A stretch of 64,000 nt of DNA from Anolis carolinensis (Eukaryota). The notes under the pieces were generated by a model. It ran no database searches. It was not told the DNA's origin and saw only the letters and a program-made list of their open reading frames with translations. The stretch covers positions 28,000,782 to 28,064,781 of the forward strand of contig NC_085842.1 in the NCBI RefSeq assembly GCF_035594765.1, in the 5' to 3' direction. Positions 1-10,459 of this stretch are shown here, in pieces. Every line of letters starts with the position of its first letter. The stretch's first letter is position 1. A program made the translations under genes and the position numbers.

Positions 1-2353
1 TTGCCTTAGGAAGCTCTGCTCCTGGGACTAGCTCTATCTTCACTTCAACTCTCCGCTTCGGTGGGAAACTGTCTGCTTCCTTCTCATCAAATACGTCCAC
101 AAAATCCCGATACTCTGGGGGTAATTTATCTGCCAGTTCTGCAATCCTGATAGAGTCTTCCTCCCCCCTTTTCCCCGGCTCCCTTTCCACTTCCTGGCTC
201 CCTCCTTCCAACTTCATCCTGAAAATCATGCTCTTATCCTCCCAGTTGATTTGCGGGTTGGCCTGCCCCAGCCATGGCATGCCTAGTATAACATTATAGC
301 TGGCTATTTGTGATATCACAAATGACACCTTTCCTTCCCAACTCCCTATCTTACACTTTACATCTTCGGCACTGTACTTAGCTAATGATCCCGATGCTGT
401 GGATCCGTCCAACTGCGAGAAAGCTATTGGGGATTCTAGGTTCGTTCTTTCGCATCCCAATCCCTCGGCTAATTCAGGGGAGATGATGTTCCTGGAACAT
501 CCACAATCCACAAATGCTTTGCAGGTTGCTTGTTTGCTGCCACTTTCAAGCTGAATGGGGACCACTATCATGGCTTTGTCCTGACTTACCAACCCCCCCG
601 AGTGGTGCCTCATCGGTGGTTCTTCCTCGGCGCGTTTCCCTGCCACGGCTCTTGGCTTGGGCGGGCCTCCGCCTTCCCCTTTTCTCTGCCAGCACTCGGC
701 AGCCCTGTGGCCCAAACGGCCGCACACGAAGCAGCCCCTCCTGCTGGTGCTCACGTTCCCTGTCGGCTCCGTTCTCCTCCCGGCTGGGGTTGATCCCTCC
801 TTCCGGCTCCCCTCTTTCATCTGCGGCCGCTGCTGTAGCCCTCCTCGGTGCCTCCTCGCCTGGGCCAGCGATGTCTCGATGCGCCCCGCCAGCTGAATCC
901 ATCCGCGCAGTGTGTCAGGCTCATCACGATGCACCGCCCAGGAGAGGATCTCCCGCCTGAGCCCCTCTTTGAAGAGTTCTATCTTTGTCACTGCAGACCA
1001 TTCCGGCACCTTTTCAGCGAGGCATTGGAACTCCTCCGCATACTCGGATACCGACCTCTGCCCCTGGGAGACGGTCTTCAACTCCTCCCTCGCCCGGATC
1101 TGCTCCAGTGGATCTCGGAAACGGGTCTCCAGGGCCCCCATAAAGCGTCGGAGTGACCCCAGACATGGGTCGCGCCGCGCATGTAGTTGAACGTACCAGC
1201 TGGCCGCTCCCCTCTTCAACACTGCACCAATGGCCCGTACCCGGCTGGATTCCGTTCTAAAAGTGTGGGCATTGTCCTCCATATAGCCCCTCACCGTGGT
1301 CAGGAAAAAATCCAGTTCAGAGGACTCTCCCCCAAACTCGATCCTTAGTTCCTCTCGTCTCGGTAGGGGTCCCTGTGGTGGCAATCCCCAATCCTCCGCC
1401 CGTCGCAAGCCCCCTTGCGGGCCAGTGGGCCCCGCTGCTGCTTCCCTTTGTCCTGTGCCACGCCCGGCATTCGCCAGGGGCACCAGGGTCTCAGTAGGGA
1501 GCGTAGCCGGGATTCTCGGAGGCTTTTCCCCTTCGTCGTCACTCTCCTCCACCCGCGTCAGGCTCGTTTGGATCTTGGGCCGGGCACCGGGCTCCTTTCG
1601 CATTTCCCTTCCCTTCGGTGCTGGGAGGTCTGCAAAGCCCTGGCTGCTTCCCATGCTCACGTCCCACATTGAGCTAGCCCGGAGTTCCCTTCCTCGCTCC
1701 GGCTCCGCCAAAACCGCCAGGCGCTCCATCGCCCTCGACATCACTGCCAGGGTGGTCTCCATCGCCGACATCCTCTCCTCCAGAAACACCATCTTTTGCG
1801 GGCCTGGGGAAGGTGAACCTTCCTCTCCTCCGGTGCTATCTCCCCGCACCACTCCGCGCCTCTGGGTTACCCCATTTGGCTGGGCATAAGCGGTGGATGA
1901 CGCCAGGGCCGCCAGCTGGTGGAACTCAGCGTCCGTCTCGGGAGTGGCCCTTTCCGACCTTCCTCCTCCGGCGCCCAAGAGCTCTTCATCCTCCACTTGC
2001 ATGTTACACCTCACCGCTACAGCGGGATGGTGTCCGTATTCTTGGCTTAGTGTCAGCTCACCACAGCCGCTCCTGAATGAACACACGAGACTCTTTGTGG
2101 TATCACCAGGAACTTTTACTGTAGGAAACATGAACATCAGAAAAGCCAAGAATGGGAGGCTCCGGCCAACCCTCCTTTATATACCCTCCCCCTCATTTGA
2201 ACAGTCTCTTCCCGCTCAGTAAAACCCCGCGCAAATTCCCCGCCAAGTCCATCAGCCGTTTCTCCTCCGAGTCCTGGGACGCAGGTGTCTTATCAATGTC
2301 AGTGACCCTGAAACTCAGAGCCACATCCAGGCTCTAGTAGCAGGGTTCTGACA
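1..2353 (-). mobile_element. Ty3/gypsy (Tf1/sushi group) LTR retrotransposon, 5' part (5' LTR, gag, protease; continues off window), inside a CCHCR1 intron
   Basis: Near-identical to 46179-48531; gag CCHC knuckle and protease region on minus strand; LTR TG...CA at 2051-2353. Confidence 0.95.
2051..2353 (-). repeat. 5' LTR (303 bp)
   Basis: TGTCAG...CTGACA termini; homologous to 43215-43517 and 48229-48531. Confidence 0.95.
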
Positions 2354-3189
2354 GGTAGCTGTGTAGAAAAATTATAACAAAATCCATAAGCAGCTATATC
2401 TGTATTGGACCAGCTCCAAAACATAGAATATGCAAACTTTTGAAGCTTTACTGGCTTCTTTTATCAACCAAATACATTAAAATCATATAGGTAGAAAAAT
2501 GGTGAGAACACCTCTATATGCAATGATCTACTATGTATATGTGACATTTGAACCCTGATTCCACAGTTCAATGATCAAACCACTATACCACGCAAATTCA
2601 ACTCTTCAAAAAGACCCCCCATTTCCCAGAATGCTTTTCTTCCACCACTTACCGTATTTACTTGAATCTAATGCTCTTCTTTTTTGCCTGTATGAACTGG
2701 CCAAAATTAGGGTTCACGTCATATAGTAATCCTAGTGCTGAACCAAAGCCAAAGGGGAAGGTGCTTCAGGAGCTGCACCTGGAGCTCCTCTTTGAGGTAC
2801 CTCATCTATAATTTAATGGCCAGGGCTAAATGCTATGCTATCCTGGGATTTGCAGTTTGATGAGGCATCAGCCTTCTTTGGCAGAGGAGGCTAAAGACCT
2901 TGTCAAACGACTGTCCCCGTGATTCCATAGCATTGCACCAAAGCAGTTAAAATGCATTCATTCTGCAGCACCCCACAGTTTCTCTTCCATTTCTGGAAGC
3001 TTTGGTGGCCTAACACTTTTGTTTTTAAAGAAAGAATTATAAGCAGGCAGCAACTGTGATGGGCATATTACAAAGAGGGCACTCTTTGCCACTTTTTGCA
3101 CATTACATTACTTTTTTTTAGTTTCGTGGGTTTGAATATTGAGGTGCGTATTAGATTTGATGGCGTATTAGACTCAAGTGTATACATAC

Positions 3190-3700
3190 TTCTGTCTGGT
3201 GCTCCTTGTGCAGTGTCTGAAGGCCCTCCTGTGCCCTCTCTTCATACCGCTTCCGCTCAGCTTCTGCCTTTTCGAGTGCCCCTTGCAACTCCCCCTGTGC
3301 CAGTCCAAGCTCAAGGGCATGCCGTTCTTTGGCCAACTCAAGCTCTTGTCTCAGGGAGTCTGCCTCCAACCGACTTCGCCTCCTAAGTTCTTCAAGCTCC
3401 TCCCTCAGAGCCTCAGTCTCCAGTCTGCTTCCTTTCTTGACCTCCTCCAGTTCTGTTTTCAAGGCAGTGGCCTCTGCTTGGCTTTGGCTTTTGAGCTCTG
3501 CCAGCTCTCCCTGTAGGTTGACAAGGGTGTTTTCCCGAGCGACTGCCACTGCCTCCTGCTGAACTGAGGCAACTCGGAGGCTAGCAAGCTCAGCTTCAAG
3601 CCTCTGGATCTCATGGAGCTGGTGAGAGATGATCTCAGCCTGTTGGGACATGGCCATGGTGTGACAGGCACTGAGAGGCTCCGCTTCTCTGTCCAGAGAC
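3190..3700 (-). CDS. CCHCR1: CCHCR1 coding exon (coiled-coil alpha-helical rod protein 1)
   Basis: SQQAEIISHQLHEIQRLEAELASLRVASVQQ resembles human CCHCR1 [31 protein letters not shown] (recalled); acceptor ttctag|G at 3700, donor GAA|gtatgt at 3190; phase fits upstream exon. Confidence 0.85.
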
Positions 3701-4223
3701 CTAGAAGGGAAAGGTGTCAGAAACAACTGCCATTTCTGGTGGGGACGAGAAAGAGGGCCTTCTCGGTGGTGGCCCCCCGGCATTGGAACACCCTCCTTAG
3801 GGAACTTAGGCAAACCTCCTCACTAGAGCACTTTAGAAAAGAATTCAAAACGTGGCTGTTTCAGCGGGCTTTTCATTCTTAGACAATTGCCAGCCTCATT
3901 GCCATTATAATAGCACCTTACACCGTTTAAGGTGATACAGTTGAGATGCTGAACCACTGTATGGAATATTTAATTACGACTACAACCATATTACTGTTTC
4001 TATTTAATTGAAGTTGCTTTTATTAATTTTATATGTCAGTTTTTATCTATTGTGTTCTGAGTGATATATTGTCATATTGTATTGTATATGCTATGGCACT
4101 ATTGTGTCATTGTTTAAGCCACACCGAGTCCCTATGGGAGAAGGAGGCGGGGTATAAAGGCTTATTATTATGATTATTTTTATTATTTTTATTATTATTC
4201 CATAGACAAAAAAACTTTATATA

Positions 4224-4615
4224 CAGGCAATCCCCAAGCTACAAACTTCCAACTTACAAACGACACCAACAAAAAGTGAGCAAAATCTACCCTTAAGAAG
4301 GGAAATTTACTCCTGGAAGTTATTATGATGGGGAAAAGGTGTCTCCACTGAAGCTTTATCCCCAATCCTTGTTTCCAAAACAACCCAGATTTTTCAAAAT
4401 GAAATTATCACAGGGACAGAAAGTGAGGAGAAATTTTCAGAACAGACAGCAAAGTACCACAGGAACGTTAACCCTTCCCTATGCTATTCAAAGCGTGTGT
4501 GCATGTATATAGGCTGGAGTTACACTTTAAAATGCACCTGTTCCGACTTACATACAAATTCAACTTAAGAATGAATCTACACAACATATCTTATCCAAAA
4601 CTTGGGGATTGCCTT
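4224..4615. mobile_element. Tc1/mariner-type non-autonomous DNA transposon; related copy at ~40450-40842
   Basis: TA-CAGGCAATCCCCAAG...CTTGGGGATTGCCT terminal inverted repeats. Confidence 0.6.
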
Positions 4616-4751
4616 TACTGTGGAATATTATTATAATAATAGGACTTAAACTTATTGGGGGGGCCCTATAAGCAAGGAAAATGTTGTTTTTCCCCTCTAC
4701 AGGTTATGCAGAATTAAATGGATGAAACAACAGATATATATGATTGCTTAC

Positions 4752-4956
4752 CTCTTTCTGTTTCCAGCTTCTTCCAGTTTCTCTCCCTTCTTCCTCCATC
4801 TCTGGAGCTCATCCTTCAGTCGCTGGTTTTCCTGCTTGAGTTCAGCTGCCTCCCAGTTAGAGAGTGAGGTGGCACCCCAAGGCAGCCCCACAGGTCCTGG
4901 CAAAGGAGGGGCTGACCGGCTTTGGAAATGAGAAGGTGGGATCAACCCTCTGGGCT
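4752..4956 (-). CDS. CCHCR1: CCHCR1 coding exon
   Basis: Encodes GLIPPSHFQ, the CCHCR1 N-terminal motif; acceptor tatag|AG, donor AG|gtaagc; phases 1 to 2 join neighbouring exons. Confidence 0.85.
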
Positions 4957-5656
4957 CTATATGGGAAACAGATCAACAGCTAAAAACTAAAAGCACAGAT
5001 GGACATATAAGTACTGAAAATACGGACAACTCACTTTTGTCTAGGAGGGAATTCAGGAATACAACAGATCAGTATTACGACAAATTGTGCTTGTTCAATC
5101 CACATTCTTGTTGAATTTGGCCAATGACAGAAAGTTATATAGTATACTTTCAGTGAACTGGCCCACATAGGGATTGGTAGATGCCGGATAAATGTAGTTT
5201 CTGGTTGCCTGAGAGTTACTATTAGAAATAGGCCTAACTAGAGCTATACCCCATACTATAAACTCTATATTGACTTTCTATTAATATTGAAATACTGTAA
5301 TTAAAAGCAAAAATACACAAATGAGGGCAAACTTAATGTATGTCACACAGTATTATAAAAGCACCTTTGTGAATGCACTATTATTTCTTGGAATTTTTTT
5401 TTTTGCTGGTTGCTTGAGCATCTACTGTAGAGGGGTAACCCTGCTCCATTAATTACTATATTAAGACTATACCCCATACCAAAGTCAGCAAAATGAAACA
5501 GTGTCAGACTGCATTAATTCTATAGTGTAAATTCCACCCATGACACTGACATTGACAAGCACTGGATACTCATATTCCCAACTTCCCAAATAAAAAAATC
5601 AATATTATTAAATCAGTGTACACAAAGAAGAAATATCAAATGTGCTCCTTTTTTAC

Positions 5657-5726
5657 CAGTGGATCGTGGGACTCCGAACGCAGCAGGAGGCTCCAGCTGT
5701 TTGTCTGAATCTTTCTTTCTGTCCAT
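5657..5726 (-). CDS. CCHCR1: CCHCR1 probable first coding exon (MDRKKDSDKQLEPPAAFGVPRST)
   Basis: ATG at 5726, donor G|gtaaaa at 5657, phase 1 matches next exon. Confidence 0.65.
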
Positions 5727-5994
5727 AGCTCTGAATTATAATCTTCCAAAAACACACTCACTGGAGTTACAATTAAAGGAACCAACACCTAGAAGTGAAA
5801 AATAATAATTTAAAAATTGCTCTCCAGGAATCTTGACATCTTCCACCTCAAGTCTATGATCAATTTCTACTAAAAGCTGACTATAAAATAGCACTGAGGC
5901 CCCTTCTACACTGCAATATTATCCAAATTATCGGCTGTTGGGAATCTGTGGGAGTTGAAGTCCAAAACACCTGGAGGGCTGAAGTTTGCCTGGA

Positions 5995-6447
5995 CTACAC
6001 AGAGAAGCCATTAAACTCCACAAGCATGTGGACAATTTCAAAAGAAAAGAAGAAACCATGAAAATGAACACAATCTGGCTACAAGTATTTTAAAAAACTC
6101 TAAAATCAGAACAGTAAATAAAGAACAACACAACAAAATAGAGGAATTCCTGACAGGAGACAATCAGGGCCAGTTAGCACCTCTCAACAAAGGATTCCCC
6201 CAGGCAGGAAGCAGCCAAGCTTTGAAGCTGCTACATTCATACTTGCCTCCAATAGACAACAGTTCTTTCTCCCACCCTGGACCTTCAACCACTTGCTTAG
6301 TTTCCAACAGATCTCACAACCTCTGAGGATGCCTGCCAGAGATGTGGGCGAAACGTCTGGAGAAAATGCTTCAGGAACATGGCCATACAGCCTGGAAAAC
6401 TCACAGCAACCCAGTGATTCCGGTCATGAAAGCCTTCGACAACACAC
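5995..6447 (+). mobile_element. Penelope-like element 3' fragment with pseudo-LTR
   Basis: EAIKLHKHVDNFKRKEE (GIY-YIG C-terminal-like) followed by pLTR ...gaaagccttcgacaacac; related copies at 16519-16775, 25825-25965, 33168-33255. Confidence 0.75.
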
Positions 6448-6679
6448 ATTTTTGTGTTACTTACCACTTTGTTTCATGTACAAAATGATTAAAAATATTG
6501 GATAACATTGGCTATAATTACAATTAATATATTTAACAAGTACTTTGAATGCTTAAGGAGCCAGTCCTTATATTATCCTCTTTCTTCTTTTGCTTTTTAC
6601 AAGTCAGTTAGGGTTTGGGTTTTTTAGCACAACCTGCTTTCTAAATCCTTCCTTTTACTCCCTAGAACCCCCCTTTTTC

Positions 6680-7100
6680 ACTTCTAAATTGGTTCGTTCC
6701 GCTCACCCCTTTTCCTCCCTCTCATTGGTTCGCTCCGCCCCCTTTTTTTTGCAGGAATCCACCGTTCCGAACCCTCCACCAGCAGTTACTAGTAGCAGCC
6801 CACCGTATGCCGAACTGCGCATGCGCCAGACACTCGCGTCCTAACTCCAACGGAGAGATTACAAACTATACCAATCCGCAGACAACGGGAAAATGTGGAG
6901 CCGTGACGTCATGAAGTAGGCCGGACGAATAGAAGACACACCCCTTCGCGGGGTCTCAGCCAATCAGAGAACGGGACAACATCTTTGTTGTTTAGAGCGG
7001 TTCTTTTTTTCCTCCCCGCTTCAAAAGGGCGCGCGAAGAAGGAGGACACGCCCCTTTTTTCTCAAATCGACCAATCAGCGGATTGGATCCGAAAAAGCGG
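6680..7100. promoter_or_regulatory. CpG-rich housekeeping-type promoter of CCHCR1
   Basis: Several CCAAT/ATTGG boxes (e.g. 6871, 6961, 7071), NRF1 site TGCGCATGCGC 6816-6826, CRE TGACGTCA 6904-6911, GC boxes. Confidence 0.75.
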
Positions 7101-7864
7101 TGGGAGCTTGTTTAGATTGCAATGGAGTGCATTTACATGTAGAATGAATGCAGTTTGACACAATTTTAACTAACTCCCATGGCTCAATTGCTATGGTATC
7201 CTTTAAGTTTCAGTTTAATGAAGCACCATTACTCTTTGGCAGAGGAGGCTCAAGACCTTATGAAACTACAGCTCCCATGATTCCATAACATTGAGCCATG
7301 GCAGTATAAGTGGTGTCAAACTGCATTCATTGTACAGTGTAGACGCACCCTGAGTTTTATTTCAACGTAAACACAGCCCAGGACTATAAAGAGAAGCCTA
7401 TTTCTAATTTTCTGCTGGAATGTAGAATCATAGCACTATAATTATATACTGTAACATGGTCCTGGATTTTGGATGACTGGCTGCTCTATTTTCGCTCCAT
7501 TGAAACTCATAGCGCAGTGGTTCTCAACTTTCCCAATGCTGTGACCCCCTTAATACAGTTTCTCATGTTGTGGTGACTCCCAGCCATAAAATTATTTTCG
7601 TTGCTACTTCATAACTAATTTTGCAACTGTTATGAATCATAATGTAAATATCTGATATGCAGGATGTATTTTCATTCACTGGACCAAATCTGGCACATAT
7701 ACCCGATACGCCTAAATTTGATTGCTGGTGGGGTTATTGATTTTGTCATTTGGGAGTTGTAGTTGCTGGGATTTATAGTTCACCTACAATCAAAGAGCCC
7801 CTTGAACCCCACCAGTATTCAAATTTGGGTGTATCAGGTATGTGTGCAAAATTTGGTCCAGTTA

Positions 7865-8194
7865 GGGCCCGGGCTGTGGCGCAGGCGGGAGAGCAAGCCA
7901 GCTGCCTGAGATATCAGGCAATGGAGATCCAGCCTGAGCTAATTCTTTCTATCTATTTAGGGCTGGGCTGTGGCGCAGGCTGGTGAGCAGTCAGCTGCAG
8001 CCAGCTGCTACAAATCACTCTGACCAGGAGGTCATGAGTTTGAGGCCCGCTCGGAGCTTATGTTTGTCTTGTCTTTGTTCTATGTGAAAAGGCATTGAAT
8101 GTTTGCCTATATGTATAATGTGATCCGCCTTGAGTCCCCTTCGGGGTGAGAAGGGCGAAATATAAATGCTGTAAATAAATAAATAAATAAATAA
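7865..8194 (+). mobile_element. tRNA-derived SINE (AnolisSINE2-like) with duplicated head
   Basis: GGGCTGTGGCGCAG head, L2-like tail, (TAAA)n end; homologous to 52919-53150. Confidence 0.75.
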
Positions 8195-8391
8195 TGTAAA
8201 CTCATCCTGCATATCATATATTTACACCTTTCAATCAAAGAGCATTCTGTAATCCACCAACAATGGAATTGAACCAAACTTGGCACACCGAACTCCCATG
8301 ACTAACAGAAAATACTGGAAGGGTTTGGTGGACATTGACCTTGAGTTTGGGAGTTGTAGTTCACTTACATCCAGAGAGCACTGTGGACTCC

Positions 8392-9365
8392 TGTGATGAC
8401 CCATGGGCCTTGTAGTCCTGCTCAGGACATGGTAATTCCTGATGAAGATGAAAACTTGGGTTTTTTACCTTCCCAGTCAGAACTGGAATCTTCTCAGCCA
8501 GATCTTTCCCAGGCAGATCTGGGAACCTTGCACCTGCAAGAAAGTTGTCTCCCAGAAGTATGTCAAACAAGCCCAGAGCCTACTTCTCCCGTATTCTTGC
8601 GCCGGGAGTTTTGTAAACAACAGAGAGGTTTGGAAGCTGCTTCGCGCAGGAGTGCGAGGATAGCAGCCAAGAATTCTGCCAATTAAGTCTCCTTTTTCGT
8701 GAGAATCCTTAAGGAGTCAAACATCTGGTCTCAAAGATTAGCTTTCGTTTCTGGTTCCCAGAGAACTGCTTCGGCGGGAAAAGTTAGACTCTATATAGGT
8801 GATTTACCCGCGAAGTAACTTCGCGGAGTCAATTCGTCAGCCTACGGAGCGAGTTGTGTCTGGACAGCGCGCTCCGGTTCAAGCCTCGCTCCTGCTCAAG
8901 CCTTGCCTTGCTATCCAGCCTTCGCCTTGGTTCCCAGCCTTGTTTATCCACGGACTTTGCCTAGTTTCCCAGGATCAATCCTTGCCTCGTTCCACGGATT
9001 TATCAAGTTATTCCACGGACCTTGTTCTTGTTCTTAGTTACCTTTGTTCCACGTTCAAGCCTTGTTCCAAGTATCAAGTTACTTTCTAGACTCGCTCAAG
9101 TTTCCTGGACTAAAGGACCTTGTCATCTCCCCTCACTTTGCTTGTCAAAGTGAGTGTTTCGGTTATTGGATTACAACTTTGGACCTTAATATTTCATACT
9201 GGACATTATTTCCTTGGACTAATTTTGACCTTTCCTGAAAGGTCTGCTTCTGGACTATCTTTTACATTTGCTTTTACTAACTTTATATATTTCCTTAATA
9301 AAGATATTAGATAGAATCTGGCCTCTGCGTATGGTTATTGGTGCTCTGTAGCCTGGGTCGTGACA
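8392..9365 (+). repeat. 5' LTR
   Basis: TGTGATGAC...GTGACA; TATA 8792-8797; AATAAA ~9297. Confidence 0.95.
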
Positions 9366-9407
9366 GTTTGACTCCGCCACCCTAAGCACCAATTAACCTC
9401 GGCCAGA

Positions 9408-10394
9408 ATGTCTACCGGAACCGTGCCCGGTGGGCAGCCACTGAGCTACACCATCAGCAAGGACGAAGTGGATCGCATCCGCGACAGACTCAACGCCCAG
9501 GATGGAGAAATAAAGGGCTTGCGGGAGCGCGGAATCCGCCTCCCGGCCATGGCGTTGCCTACCAAGTTTACTGGAGAAGCTTCTAAGGTTCATGTTTTCC
9601 GTCGCCAATGTCAAGCATATCTAGAGGCCCGTGATGCCGAGTTTCCCCAAGAAGACATCAAAGTGGCGTGGGTTTACAGTCTTCTAGACGGGCCAGCGGC
9701 CAATTGGGCGACGGCACTGTTCGACCAAGCCTCTCCACACCTAAGATCAGCGCAACACTTCTTGGACCACCTCAAGGAGACTTGGGGAATCGAGGACAAT
9801 TTGGAGGCAGCCGGTCACAAACTCCGTCGCCTTTTCCAAGGAGACAGACCTATGTCTCAGTATATAGCCGAGTTCCGAGTGCTGGCCCACAACACCGGCT
9901 GGAACGATGTAGCCCTCAGAGGACAATTCCGGGAGGGTCTCAACATTGAAATGCTGGAAGAAATCTCCAAGGTGGATCCTCCCCAGACCCTCGAGGCACT
10001 CATTGATCAATGTTTACGGGCTGAAGTCATGATTGCCAACAGGAAACAGTGGGTTCGAGGCCAGGGCAGTAGAGCCGGGGCAAAACCCCCCGCTCCCGCC
10101 AGCGTTCAGCCACGTCCAGTGTGGAGACCCCCACCGCCAACCCCATACCCCAGAGGAGGCGAGGAAGTGCCGATGCAGTTGGGCAATGTGCGTCCCAGAC
10201 TAGATGCCGCCGAGAAGGCCCGTCGTCAACGCTTAAACCTCTGTTGGTACTGCGGGAACGGGGGCCACTTCGCCAGAGAGTGCCCAGCCAAAGGGAAGCC
10301 TGCCGCCCGTCTTGCGGCGGCGTCTTCCACGGAGACGAAGGCGTCTGAGCCGACTGGCACACAGCCGGCGGGGGAAGCCAACGACCGGGTGTAG
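9408..10394 (+). CDS. gag: Gag (PEG10/sushi-like capsid + CCHC zinc knuckle)
   Basis: LPTKFTGE capsid motif, LFQGDRPMSQYIAEFR, CWYCGNGGHFAREC. Confidence 0.95.
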   Translation: MSTGTVPGGQPLSYTISKDEVDRIRDRLNAQDGEIKGLRERGIRLPAMALPTKFTGEASKVHVFRRQCQAYLEARDAEFPQEDIKVAWVYSLLDGPAANWATALFDQASPHLRSAQHFLDHLKETWGIEDNLEAAGHKLRRLFQGDRPMSQYIAEFRVLAHNTGWNDVALRGQFREGLNIEMLEEISKVDPPQTLEALIDQCLRAEVMIANRKQWVRGQGSRAGAKPPAPASVQPRPVWRPPPPTPYPRGGEEVPMQLGNVRPRLDAAEKARRQRLNLCWYCGNGGHFARECPAKGKPAARLAAASSTETKASEPTGTQPAGEANDRV

Positions 10395-10459
10395 AGAGGC
10401 TCGCCAACCCGGTCAAAAAATCCATTCAAGAGCCGCCAACCGGGGTCCTGTTCCTTCTC

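Noticed and set aside
514-2337. Plus-strand ORFs of 100-200 aa (also at 46692-48400)
   Set aside because: Antisense shadows of GC-rich gag; their recurrence reflects copy identity only
3701-3813. N-terminal extension of the 220-aa ORF
   Set aside because: Upstream of the splice acceptor; it is the antisense of an L2-like LINE tail (RAFSVVAPRHWNTL on plus strand)
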